Part shown: positions 40,097 to 53,382 of the stretch, piece after piece | Numbering within the stretch: position 1 is the first letter of the stretch | Layout: each line of letters starts with the position of its first letter | DNA from: Octopus sinensis | Lineage: Eukaryota | Length of the DNA stretch: 64,000 bases | Assembly: GCF_006345805.1 (NCBI RefSeq) | Contig: NC_043014.1 | Coordinates: 21,204,001 to 21,268,000 of the forward strand | Reading direction: 5' to 3' | Program-made: the position numbers and the translations under genes | The notes under the pieces: generated by a model | The model's input: the letters and a program-made list of their open reading frames with translations, nothing else | What the model was told of the DNA's origin: nothing | The model's database searches: none

Positions 40097-40751
40097 TACG
40101 TTTCTACGCATGTTCCTACGCACCTCAACACACTCCAGTGGGAATCACATGCTCAATAAAAAGGGGCCAGATACCACGAGAATTCCTTAAGAAATTTAGA
40201 TCTATTTTATTGTATTATAACGGTTATTGGTGGTTGAGGTGGGGGAGGACAGCGTTGTTGTTGTTGTTGGTGGTGGTGGTGGTGGTGGTGGTAATGTGGT
40301 GGTGGTGGTGGTAATGTGGTGGTGGTGGTGGTAATGTGGTGGTGGTGGTGGTAATGTGGTGGTGGTGGTGGTGGTGGTAATGTGGTGGTGGTGGTGGTGG
40401 TGGAATGTGGTGGTGGTGGTGGTGGTGGTGGTGGTGGTAATGTGGTAGTGAGGTTACGGAATTATGGTAGTGATGAGTAATGGGATGGTGTGGCGGTCGG
40501 TGGCTGAGGGAATTTGTTGTTTTTGGTTGATGTTCAAAGAAGGCAAAAGGTGTTAGTTTGGGTAGACAGTGGTGATTTGTGAGAGCTGGCTGTGGGATTT
40601 TGTGGTTTGGGAGATGGAGGACTGCCGGACGACTGGTGGTGGTGGTGGTGGTGGTGGTAGTGGTAGTGGTGTCAAGTGTAAAATAAGATGATCGTACTTG
40701 TGTGAAAAGATTTCTACATGTGAGTCGGAGAGTCCCCTGCATATTATATAT

Positions 40752-40813
<62 letters not shown>

Positions 40814-40862
40814 TTATATATATACGTATAATCATTTGAATCTAAATTTTTGCTTATATACG

Positions 40863-40893
<31 letters not shown>

Positions 40894-40935
40894 ATATTAT
40901 ATATATACACATACATATATATATACATATATATA

Positions 40936-40980
<45 letters not shown>

Positions 40981-41075
40981 ACACACACACATATAATATA
41001 TCTAATGACTGACAAGGGAGACAAGCTCTCTATAGCAAGCAAGTTACTATATATATGTGTATGTGTATGTGTGTG

Positions 41076-41117
<42 letters not shown>

Positions 41118-41300
41118 TATATATATATTAATGGACATAACCATAATGCAGAGAATGTGTACAGGCATGCATGAAAGCTGGTGTGCGTGCGTTATATATG
41201 CATTGGGGTATTTGTGTATGAGTGTGTGTGTGTGTGGCTGCATGCGAGCGATTTCCCAGCTTATGAGAAATATATCTTTGTAAGTGTGCATGTGTGTGTA

Positions 41301-41356
<56 letters not shown>

Positions 41357-41651
41357 TGTGTGTCTGTGTGTCTGTGTGTCTGTGTGTGTTTGTGTATTTA
41401 CCAGCCATTTAGCAATGTTGCAAATATTTAAAATTTGTTTAGAGATAAATAATACAAAGGATCAAATTGAACGTTCGTAATTCTCTCATTTCTGGTTTGT
41501 ATACACAGGAGGGTGGGTGTTGTAGGAGGGAAGTGAGAGATGGCAAGTGGGAGGTAGGAGATGGCGGAGTTGTCATTGAATTTCTGTGTCTTTTGTGTAA
41601 ATATATTAATATACTACGCATTGCACACACGCACTCTCAACACACACCTTC

Positions 41652-41721
<70 letters not shown>

Positions 41722-41805
41722 TGTGTGTGTATATGTATATGTATGTATACATATACACACACACACACACACATACATACATACATACATACATACATAC
41801 ATACA

Positions 41806-41848
<43 letters not shown>

Positions 41849-42678
41849 TTACATACATATATAATACATACATAAACATACACTTTATGTATATACTTGT
41901 ACATTCATGTAAATGTATGTGTGCGTGCATGTGTGTGTTTGTGAATGCCTTATAAACATATATATTTATAAATATCGGGGTAGTGGAATCGTGTCGCACC
42001 AGATTCTCTCATTTATCTTCCTGCGATCTCAAGTGAGTTAGTCTTTGTGTTAGCGAAGCTAATTTTTCTTTTGGAAAAGAAAAATAATATAGGCACTTGT
42101 GTTTCAAGGTTCAATTCTAGGTTAAAGTAAGAATATATTGAATTTTAATTGGTGAACTTACAGATTGTTAAGTAAACTATAAATGGATTTCTTTAGAATT
42201 TGATTTGAACGAAAACTGAAGGAAGACGACATCAACAACCTTGACATTGTATTATAGAGAAGAGAAGTTTAATGGGCGCAGATATGGTTGCCTGGTTGAG
42301 AATGTTGTTGAGTAATCACGTGATTATGAATTGGATCCCACTGCACGAACAAACAACAGTCCTTTGCATTAGCCTTGTGTATGGCCATTGTGTGGAAGCT
42401 TCCCTCTGTGTGTGTGTGAGTGCGTGTGTGTGTGAATTGTGTGTGCGTGTGTAAGTGTATTGTGTGTGTATTGTGTGTGTGTGTATGCCTGCGCGCGCGT
42501 GTCTTTGCAACCTGTCCATACATACGTACAACCATACATACATATACACACAAATTACATATATATTATATATATATATATACATACATACATACATACA
42601 TACATACATACATACATACACACACATACATACATACATACATACATACATACATACATACATACATACATACATACA

Positions 42679-42714
<36 letters not shown>

Positions 42715-43319
42715 TATATATATGTATATAATGCATAAAAAGAGTCTGAAAGATTGCCTTAAGATACATGCCGGATTTTATAAATATGCCTGTTCAAGTA
42801 TCACGATAGCATGAAACTTTTAGTACATCTTTCGGTTGTGTAGCTAAATTGATGTGTGTGTGTGTGTGTGTATGTATGTGTGTGTATGTATGCATGCATG
42901 CATGCATGTATGTATGTATGTATGAATGTATGCATACATGTATGTATGTATGCATGTATGTATGTATGTTGTATGTATGTATGTATGTATGTATGCATGT
43001 GTGTATGTATGTATGTATGTATGTATGTATGTATGTATGTATGTATGTATGTGTGTATGTATGTATCTGCATATGTATTGTGTTTATGTGTCTATGTTTG
43101 TCCTCGACCACCGCTTGACAGTCTGTGCTGGTGTGATTACGCTTCTGTAACTTAGCAGTTCTACAAAAGAGAACGATAGATAAGTACTAGGCTTTAAAAA
43201 AATAAGTCTTGGGGTCGATTTGTCAGACTAGAAAACTCCTCCGAGGGGGTGCCCCTGCATGGCCACAGTCAAAATGATTGTAACAATAAAAGATATGAGT
43301 CACTATATTTCTTGGGTGT

Positions 43320-43885
43320 CAGTGTTCTTTTCCATTCTGATATCAATTGTAGAACTTCTTCAGTCATTTACGCTTGATCTTTCTCTTTTTCTTTGGCAAG
43401 CTACTCACCCCATGCGTCACGCTGTCTCTGAGGATTTCCCATTTTCTATCAAGTTTTCCCATTGGGTGTTTCTTAATATTGTTCAAAGCCTTCATTCCTG
43501 AACATTTATTGTTCACTTCAATGTTGTATTTCCGTTTTACATCTGCTAATCTCGGCCAATAACATAAGCTTTCCTTAAGGTGGTAAGCTGGCAGAATCTT
43601 TAAAACGCCGAGCAAAATGCTTAACGGTATTTCATCCGTTTTTTATGTTCTGAGTTCTAATTCTGCCGAGGTCGACTTTGCCTTTCATCCTTTCGGGATC
43701 GATAAATTAAGTACGAGCACTGGGGTCGATGAAATCGACTTATCCCCTCCCCCGAAATGGCTGCCCTTGTGCCAAAATTTGAAACCAATATCATAAGCCT
43801 TCCTTGTTTCGGTTTCCAGGGTGGGTACTTTTGCGCTTACAAGGTTATGATCCGAAAAGATGTCTGCCCCCGGTATGTTTTGCAC
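43320..43885 (-). mobile_element. RTE-like LINE fragment (end of APE domain plus linker), interrupted by a SINE at about 43570-43790
   Basis: PGADIFSDHNLV (APE SDH motif), then YNIEVNNK..WEILRDSV..LPKKKRK. Confidence 0.7.
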
Positions 43886-43889
43886 AGTT

Positions 43890-45200
43890 TGATGCTGTTG
43901 TCGAATCGGTTATATTGAGACCGAAAGCAGTCATCAAAATAGAGCAGGTATTGTCAGAACCAGAAGAGATCAAAAGAGGTATAAGACAAGGATGTGTGTT
44001 ACCCCATACCTATTTCATATCTATTCAGGGAGTCAAACAAGATCAAAGAACTCATATTTAATGGCGTGAGCATAAGCAATATAAGATATGCTGATAATAC
44101 AGCGTTATTTACAGGCAACAATGAAAAGTTACAAGAAGCTGTTGATGCTGTAAAGAAAGAAGTAAAACGAGAAACACAATGGTTATTATTAAGAGAGTGA
44201 ATATAATGGATGTGAATATAAAGACAGATGGACAGAAGCTTGAGCAGACGAAAAATAAACCAAGATTGCTGTTAAGAAGAATAAATAAGAATTAAGCAGC
44301 ATTTATATGAAATTAAAGATATTCGCCTCTAAAACAAAAGACATAACATCAAGGCCAAATTATGACCCTTGAGGACCTAAGCACATGAACAATGTTGGTG
44401 TCCCTTAATGTAATTAAAAATATATATAATAATAAGCCATAAAATAAATGTTTATCTCTCAAAATGAAACAAAATTTACAGTAAGATGGAAAATAATGTT
44501 TATTTTTGTATACTTCCACTTTATCTATATTTGAAAAGTTTTCTCCTACGTTTTTTATACTGTTTGATCAGATCCTCACTGTAACACCATGAACACTTTG
44601 AGATTATATTACCGATCATAGAAACTACTTAGAATATTATTTTAGCAAGCTTAAAGAGATTTCTTTTGTGCTGTAAACCTTTTACTCCTTCTGTGGTGAC
44701 CCCCTCCCCTTGATGCCCTAAACACGTGCTTATTTTACTTAATGGCTAACTTAGCGCGGCATAACATGTAGAGAAACACTGAGGTTAGCAAATTGCTGCA
44801 TCATGCCAATTGTCTTCTACAAGACAGAAACTTGGATAATGCATACAGCTTTGGAGAAAAAGGTAGACGCATTTGAGACACGAGCTTCCCCAGATTCGAC
44901 AGGATCAACTGGAAAGCACTAGGAAAACTGAAAGTCCAAAGATAGTAAGCAAGCATCAAGTTCACAAAGTTAATGTATTTTGAACACACAATGCGCCACG
45001 AGTCATTGCTTAAGACCATCGTTACAGGAAGTATGGAGAGAAAGAGAGCAAAAGACGGCCAACGACGTTTGGGGACTGACAACGACAAAAATGCACTGGA
45101 AACAATAACATGCTTAATTGTATGCTTGCAGCACACCACACAAGGGGAAAAAAGGCTCTTGGCTGACCACAGAATGCAGGGAGGGCTCCTGGCCGATGAT
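43890..45200 (+). mobile_element. RTE-like LINE RT and C-terminal fragments, interrupted by a probable hAT-like fragment at about 44340-44780
   Basis: EIKRGIRQGCVL, NIRYADNTAL, YFEHTMRHESLLKTIVTGSMERKR. Confidence 0.78.
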
Positions 45201-45249
45201 AGTGATTTTATTATACAGTTTTCCATATGTCGTATGTGTGAGTACACCA

Positions 45250-45850
45250 TATGAGATCATCAGAGATTGTGAGGTCCATGATTTACGGCGGCTTTGCAGG
45301 TTTCAGTTGTATTTTAGTCAAGATCGAAAAGCACAAAAGTGTTTCATTGACGTGTATAATCACTGTGTGTTTATATCGTCGAAAACTCCAGATTGCTATG
45401 TCCCCTTCTAAGGATGTTGTTCTTAGTATTTGTTCTTGGAAGTTGTGCAGGTCTGCGATGAGGCGTTCCAGGGGAATGTGCATGACGCTTGTATATAGAA
45501 GGCTTAAAGATGTGAAGAGTAAAATGCTATGAACTGTGGATAAACGGGGGTTCATAGAAGAAACAAGTAGAAACAGCATTGGTAGTCATTGAAGTGGAAG
45601 ATAAACTAAAAGAGAGATGAAGCACGGGGTTATATACAACTCCTTCTATTAACCCTTAGTTTTTTGGGAATGGAGGTGATAGGACAGTAGTTGTCAAGAT
45701 GGAAGATTATGTTTTTTGTGGGAAAATAAGCCACATCATAGCACTGTTTTAATATACAGAATAATGGGGAAACAGAATTATTGTAGAGTTTGTTGAGAAT
45801 ACAAACTAATCCAAGAATATGCTTAAATATACGTCGACATATGGAAACAT
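45250..45850 (-). mobile_element. Degraded CR1/L2/Jockey-like RT remnant
   Basis: LNKLYNNS...NYCPITSIPK resembles L.KLFN.S...NYRPIS; downstream motifs are weak. Confidence 0.45.
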
Positions 45851-46190
45851 ACATCAATATATCAAATATGCTGAAGACGGTGAACTAGCAGAATCATTAC
45901 CGTGCCGGGCAAAATGTTTAGCAGCATTTCGTCTTTCTTAACGTTCTGAGTTCAAATTCCACCATAGTCGACTTTGCCATTTATTATTTAGGGGTCAATA
46001 AAATAAGTACCAGTCAAACACTGTGGGTTTATGTAATCGACTTAACCCACCCCCATAATTGCTGGCCAAAATTTGAAGCCAATATATTAAGCATAGACAC
46101 ACACACACACACACATTTATATATATATGTATACACACGCGTGGTGTATACTTGTGTGTGTGTGTGTGTGTGTGTTGTGTGTGTGTATAC

Positions 46191-46225
<35 letters not shown>

Positions 46226-46500
46226 AGAGTTGATTTTCTGTTTCTCTTTATCCGGCTTTCTGTCTCCCCGATTTTCTGGGTTCGGGAAGAAATCGGCCTT
46301 GCTAAGATCTTGAGAAGGACTGGCTCTACCAGATCTAAATATGCCTAAAGCACGCTGTATGCCACAACGGCACCCTACGACTTTATCTGGGAGTTGAGGA
46401 CTCAAGGAAGGGCATGTGTGTATGTATGTGTGCATGCACACACACATACATACATATGCTATGTATGTGCGTAATTATTTGTGTATATTATGTATATATA

Positions 46501-46560
<60 letters not shown>

Positions 46561-46620
46561 TGTATGTATGTATGTATGTATGCATACATGCATGCATGTA
46601 TGTATGTATGTATGTGTGTA

Positions 46621-46738
46621 GAAGAAGAAGAAGAAGAAGAAGAAGAAGAAGAAGAAGAAGAAGAAGAAGAAGAAGAAGAAGAAGAAGAAGAAGAAGAAGA
46701 AGAAGAAGAAGAAGAAGAAGAAGAAGAAGAAGAAGAAA
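46621..46738. repeat. (GAA)n microsatellite
   Basis: Perfect run; explains the poly-E, poly-R, poly-L and poly-S ORFs. Confidence 0.98.
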
Positions 46739-47133
46739 GACGATGATGATGATGATCACGATGATCATGATGATTGCTGTTAAATACCAGAACCAATATC
46801 TACTGGAACGGATATCCGACAGAAGCTTCAAACGGCAAACAAAATCAGATGAGAGACTGATTTTACAGGAAACAAGCTGTGAATTAATTCCTTGTTTTGT
46901 GTTGTAGTGTTTGCGTTTGTAATATTTTTGCCGTTGTATTTGTTTGATTTTAAAGTGGTTTAGAGTAGAATTTGTTGTTGCTTTTCTTCTCATGTTTGAT
47001 TTTTGTTGTTATATTCGTATTATTGTTGTTGTTGTTTTGAATGAGGTATTTGTAAGTTGTGTTTGATCGTCGTCTTGTTTGTGTCTTTTTTATTTGTTTG
47101 TTGCTATGTTTTTTTATTATTATTATCATTATC

Positions 47134-47182
<49 letters not shown>

Positions 47183-48701
47183 TATTATTATTATTATTAT
47201 TATTATTCCTCGCCTGTTTTTAAGAGAGAATGAAACTTTGCCAAAAACTGCGATTTTGCTGTTTCCCTTGGCGGTGTGTAAGAGAGGAGATACGGCATAG
47301 ATAGTGAATATAGCGTATATAGTGAACGGGGAGAGGATAGAGAAAGAGAGAAGAGGATGGGAGTGAGGGTGAAGAGGATAGAGTAGGAGGAAGGGACTAG
47401 AGGAAAGGAAGGAGAGGAGCAGGTGCGGGGCGAGTATACAAGGATAAGAAGGGAAAGAAAAGTAGTATGGTATTGAGGTTCCGAAGTTTTGTGGTGTTGG
47501 GTAGTTGATAAATGTAATGGCGGTAGTAGCATTTGATGTTGGTGGCGTTGTCAGTGGTGTTGCTGATGGTGGTTTTTATAGCGACGGCAGTAGTGGTGGC
47601 GGTGACGGTGGTGGTAGTGGTTGTGGTCTTGGTGGTGGTGTTGGTGGTAGCGGGCGTGTAGTAATTGGTAGTATCAGTGGTGATGATGATGATAATGCTG
47701 CTACTGCTGCTTCTGCTGTTGCTGCTGCTGCCGCTGCTGCTGCTGCAACTACTGTCACTTCTGGTATTTATGTGAATTTCTTGATTGAGGGGAGGGATAA
47801 TGATAGCGATGATAGTAGTTTGGATGATATTCATGACGACAACGATGATGAAGAAGATAATAATGATGATGATGACGGACATATTGATAATATAGACACA
47901 AATACTGGTTTGTAACAAAGCCACTTTCTCTTTAGTGTTAGTCGATGATAAGTCGTTCCCAATATTTACTCATTTTGTGGTCCCTGAAGGTTGGAAAATG
48001 GAAGTCAGAGAAGATTTATTTAAACACGTGAAAAATAAAATAATTACAACTGGAAATCTGAAACAAAATTTTAGGAATCGCACCCCAAGATAAGTAAGGA
48101 ACCTCATAGATATTGGGTCTCCGCGACCGCCAAGGGTGCTACAGGGAGACATTTCTTTCCTATTTGTTCGCTCCGTCCTACAGGCACCAGCTTAAAGTAG
48201 GCCCATTCAGTCGAGCCAACTTCACTATATTCGCTTTCAACAAATTTACTTCGGAAGGTGCAGCGCCCCATTCTCTACCCTCACCTTCTGTCTCAATCTT
48301 TTCTCTTTAATCTTCTTGTTTCAGACATTTGATTACAGCCATGCTTGGGCACCGCCTTGAAGAGTTTTAGTCGAACAAATGGAACCCAGGACTTTTCTTA
48401 AGCCTGGTACTTATTCTATCGTTCTCTTTGGTCGAACCGCTAAGTTACGGGGATGAAAACATACCAACACCGGTTGTTAAGCAGTAGTGGAGGACAAATA
48501 CAGACACAAAGATACACACAAACACAAACACACACACACGCACACATAATATAATTAAAGGATAAAATCATTAAAATTAATGAATTTTATCAATGACCAG
48601 TATATAGGCATGGAAGCTTGTGTCCTTAGTTATAATTGTATTCTTCACAATTATGTATATATATATATATATATATAGATAGATAGATATATATGTGTGT
48701 G

Positions 48702-48746
<45 letters not shown>

Positions 48747-48768
48747 ATGTATTATGTATGTATGCATG

Positions 48769-48800
<32 letters not shown>

Positions 48801-49004
48801 GTGTGTATAATGTGAAATAGAAAGATGAATAATCTTGTAGTAGATTAATCAAACACGTGTAGAATGAAATAAAACGATTTCTGTTCAATCTGCGTTCAGC
48901 TCCATTTCTTCAATTCACCAATAATGTTATATATGTGTATATATATATATATATATATGTGTGTGTGGTGTGTGTGTGTGTGTGTGTGTATTATGTATGT
49001 ATGC

Positions 49005-49040
<36 letters not shown>

Positions 49041-49499
49041 TAATATATATATACATACATACATACATACATACATATACATACACCCACACACATACAT
49101 ATATACATACATATACCAAGTCCACTCACAAGGCTTTGGTTGGCCCGAGGCTATAGTAGAAGACTCTTACCCAAGGTGTCACACAGTGGGGCTGAACCAG
49201 AACTATGTGGTGGGAAGCAAGCTTCTTAACACAGCGGAAGTTCAAAATTGTCTATCTTCAGTCCTTTCGGCCTTGTTCACTGGGAGATCTGGACCAATCC
49301 AGACCCCGAGCAATTGATGTTGGTGTTATGCTGTTGCTGTCTTGACGATTTATGATGCGGTTGTAGTTGTCATTGTTACTATTGCTAACAGTAATCCAGA
49401 GTAGTGTCATTGTAGCTTTTGGATGTCAGCAACAATGAGGGGAAACAGCAGAGCTTTCAGACCAGTGCTTGTTTACACTTGAACAGGAATCGGGCAATC

Positions 49500-50170
49500 G
49501 ACTTTCTTTGTACGCCTCGAGACTTTTCTAGGATCATCTTACTGATTAGTGTTTTTAGGTGATTGAAATACGATCTCGGACGCACGCAAAGATCAGCTTC
49601 GAGTAGGTGATAGGAGAGTTGGTTGTGCAAGCCTCAAAAGCCTTCTCAAGCACTTCCGACTGCTTGACAAGCTTCGCCAGGCATCGCACGCGGTCAAGTT
49701 GCAGTGAGTCATCCAGGTTATAAATGAAGAACCATGTCGGTGACGTTGTACACATATTCTGACACGGCTTTCTTGCGTCTCAGTTTGAAGGGCTTAGCCC
49801 TCTACACTTTTAGCTTCTGGATCCTAGACCTAGTCGGTGTCTTCAAGAATCCTCCCAGTTTTCTACACAGCAGCTGCAAACAGCATCATCTCTTGAGTCT
49901 GTTATTTTCGTTACTGCTTCTGCTCTTGTCGCCCTCTAGCTTCCTCCTTATTCTGCTTTTGCAGTTCCGAAAGAAAGTCCTTAAGTGTTCCTCACACATA
50001 TGTAGCAACTTCGTTTTCTGCCCTACACCACCAGTCGGATCGATCTCCTCTCTGCTCTTCAATGGGGAGTAGCTTCGGATCATCTAGTATTCCTCGTGAG
50101 ATCATCAGGACCGGGATGTTTACGTGAACTTCACTCAACCTGGTGTTATAAAGGACACCGAGCAATACAC
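49500..50170 (-). mobile_element. Possible ancient LINE ORF2 remnant
   Basis: GC-richer, coding-like composition with broken minus-strand ORFs (49555-49755, 49886-50083); no diagnostic motif. Confidence 0.25.
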
Positions 50171-50339
50171 TTTTGTGCTACAAGTGGTGCTGCTGCTGCT
50201 GATGCTGCTGTTTAAGTTTGCTCTTTTGCACCATTTTCTCTCATTTTGTGTTTTCCATCTTGTAACTGTTTTTATATATGTAACTATTTATTGAACAGTC
50301 ATTTCTTTTTATTCTCATCTGTTTATGGGCTTTCAAACA

Positions 50340-50640
50340 TTTAGACGGGGAGGGGCGGGATTCCTATTCATTACTGCCATCATTTGTGGCTAGCACCGCT
50401 CACGTGCTGTTATACACGCGTCCATTTTGAATCACCAATAAACAAAGCAAAACACATTTGTGTGCATAATGTATACAATAAAATATCTGAGGACGAATCA
50501 GTTTTCTTGTTTTTTTGTTCTTTTTTTATGGTTTTAATCTCACGAAGTCAGGATGAACGTCAAATTATTGGGAAAAAAGAAGTTGTCTTTTATGTTTTTG
50601 CTTTTCTTTTCTTTTTATTGTGGGTAATCTAGAAAGAAAA
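50340..50640 (+). promoter_or_regulatory. Candidate Bsx promoter / untranslated first-exon region
   Basis: Repeat-free island with GGGGCGGG (50352-50359), CACGTG (50401-50406), CCAAT (50435-50439) and TAATCT (50535-50540); nearest non-repeat stretch upstream of the SINE block that precedes the ATG. Confidence 0.3.
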
Positions 50641-50739
50641 TATTTTTAAAGCAAAGTTTTGTGAAAAATAATCGCTCACGTAAAACAATGACGACGACAA
50701 AATCAGCAACGAAAAACAGTTACAACAACAACTTCTGGT

Positions 50740-51390
50740 TTTAAACACAAGGAGGGGATTAACTGACACAATCGACCTCAGTGCTTCACTGGTACTTTAT
50801 TTTATGGACTCTGAAAGTTGATCTCAGCGGGATTTGAAATCAAAATATAAAGAGCCGGAACAAATACCGCAAGCTATTTTTCTGACACTCTAGCGATTCT
50901 TTCAGCTCGTCGCGTTAACAATAACAACAATAACGAAGATAATATTTCCTACTATAGGCACAAAGCCTGAAATTTGGGATAGGGGCTAGTCGATTAGATT
51001 GATTCCAGCACTTGAATAGTACTTATTTTGTCGACCCCGAAAGGTTGAAAGACAACGTCGGTCTCGGCGAAATTTGAACTCAAAACATAAAGACGAAATG
51101 CTACTAACCATTTCGGCCGGCCTGCTAACGATTCTGCCAGCTCGTCGCCTTAATAATAACAATAATAATCCTTTTTACTTAAGGCACAAGGTCTGAAATT
51201 TTGAAGGGGAGGAGTAGTCGATTACATGGACGCCTGTATTTCACTGGTATTTAATTTATCGACTCCAAAAGGATGAAGAGAAAGGTCGACCTTGGCGGAA
51301 TTTGAACTCAGAACATAGCGACGGGTGAAATACCGCTAAGCATTTCGTCCAGCGAATAACTAACGATTCCTCCGGCACACCGCCTTAAAT
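50740..51390 (-). mobile_element. Three tandem SINE copies on the minus strand
   Basis: Reverse complements of the 25887-type SINE at about 50740-50915, 50950-51150 and 51160-51390, separated by AAT/AAC repeats. Confidence 0.85.
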
Positions 51391-51406
51391 TATGATAATA
51401 ATGATA

Positions 51407-51495
<89 letters not shown>

Positions 51496-51528
51496 TAGCA
51501 ATGTGCTGTGTCATTTCAGAGAGCTCCA

Positions 51529-51844
51529 ATGATGAACCTAAGTTCCTATTCCGACCCACACAACAACCGACATACATCGTTCTTCATAGAGGATATTCTA
51601 TTGAACAAACCAAAGCGTCTGCAGGTTCGAGATTACCAGAATTTGGGATTGGGTCGGTCACATTTCTCGGACTATGGTACGGCGGCAGCAGCAGCGGCGG
51701 CGGCAGCAGCAGCTTACCCATATTCAGTACATCATGCTGCGGCCGCCGCTGCTGCTCTGTTACCGCACCAAGTGATCGCTGCACAGAACCAACTTTATAT
51801 ACCGCGGGCCGCAACTGAGCAGAGTTTCTTGGTTCCTACAACAG
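51529..51844 (+). CDS. Bsx: Brain-specific homeobox protein, coding exon 1 (eh1 motif, poly-Ala)
   Basis: MMNLSSYSDPHNNRHTSFFIEDILLNKPKRL matches the BSX N-terminus I recall (MNL...TSFFIEDILLHKPKPL); donor ACAG|GTAAGT at 51845, phase 1. Confidence 0.93.
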
Positions 51845-52069
51845 GTAAGTGTAAGCTGAGCAATAGAGAGACGCCATTGGTCTCTCTGTTAGATGTTTCC
51901 TTGTCTGATTTTACTTATAAAGATGTCTAAATATATTTATATATATTTAGGCATTTTTATAGAGACACACACACACATAAATAAATACATGCATACATAC
52001 ATACATACATACATACATACATGCATGCATGCATGCATGCATGCATGCATGCATACATACATACATACA

Positions 52070-52137
<68 letters not shown>

Positions 52138-52159
<22 letters not shown>

Positions 52160-52425
52160 CTTTGTGAGTTGATTTGGTGGACGGAAAGAAGCCCGTCATA
52201 TGTGTGTGGACGTGTGTTTTTGTGCTCGTACTTGTCACTTCATCCACCACTTGACAACCAGCGTTGGTGTGTTTACGTCCCGGTAACTTAGCGGTTCGGC
52301 AAAGGAAATCCGATTGAATATGTACCAGGCTTTAAAAATATAAGTCCTGGTGTAGATTCATCCGACCAAAAATACTTCAAGACGGTGCCCCAGCATGGCC
52401 ACAGTCTGACTGAAACAGGTAAATG
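52138..52425 (+). mobile_element. tRNA-derived SINE (5'-truncated) in Bsx intron 1
   Basis: gctttgtgag..aagaagcccgtc..gtttacgtcccggtaacttagcggttcgg..catggccacagtc. Confidence 0.82.
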
Positions 52426-52446
52426 ATATAAACACACACACACATA

Positions 52447-52517
<71 letters not shown>

Positions 52518-52808
52518 TCTTTAACAAGAATAGTATTGACATTGATTTTGAAGTTTCGGCCAGTTAAGCTGTCATTGGACAGTTGTGCATTTGTTCATTT
52601 AAGTTCATCCTGGTTTTGTGTAGTCTTTGTTAAGATAAAAATGTTCCAAGGATAACTGAGCTCTGTTGAATGGTAATTATGCTGTGTGGAAGTTACCCAA
52701 ATTTAATTAATAAAGGAATTCTTAATACTGTCTAGCCTCAATTTAATGTAAAATTGGTTGTTATTATAACGTAAAAACATCTATACACATAGGTGTGTGT
52801 GTGAGTGT

Positions 52809-52920
<112 letters not shown>

Positions 52921-53281
52921 CTATAGATATCGATATATGACTGGGTATGTATGAATAAAAACGTATGCATGTATATACGTATGTTTATATACAAAAAAAA
53001 CATTTGTATAAGAGTAAGAAATTGTTAAGACGTCACAAGACCTGTAGAGATTCGTCACATTTATTGGTAGACACAGGTTTCGTGAGCGTCAGTCTGATAA
53101 TAATTACTGGTATCTTTATATTATATTATATATGTAAAGTATAATATGTTATACATGTATGTATTTTGTTGTAATTGTCATTTTGGTAAATAAATAAATA
53201 AATAAATTGACATAATATAATGCCTAAAAAATGTTGAATACCACCTATTAATCCCCTCCATTTTCTTATTGCTGTATATAT

Positions 53282-53372
<91 letters not shown>

Positions 53373-53382
53373 ATATATAAAT

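Noticed and set aside
48110-48150. GTCTCC...GGAGAC stem in a GC-richer patch, considered as an HDV-like or twister ribozyme
   Set aside because: The required nested pseudoknot and catalytic residues could not be placed.
51508-51528. GTG-initiated extension MSFQRAP of Bsx, and read-through to 51930
   Set aside because: Homology starts at MMNL, and a consensus donor at 51845 joins in phase to exon 2.
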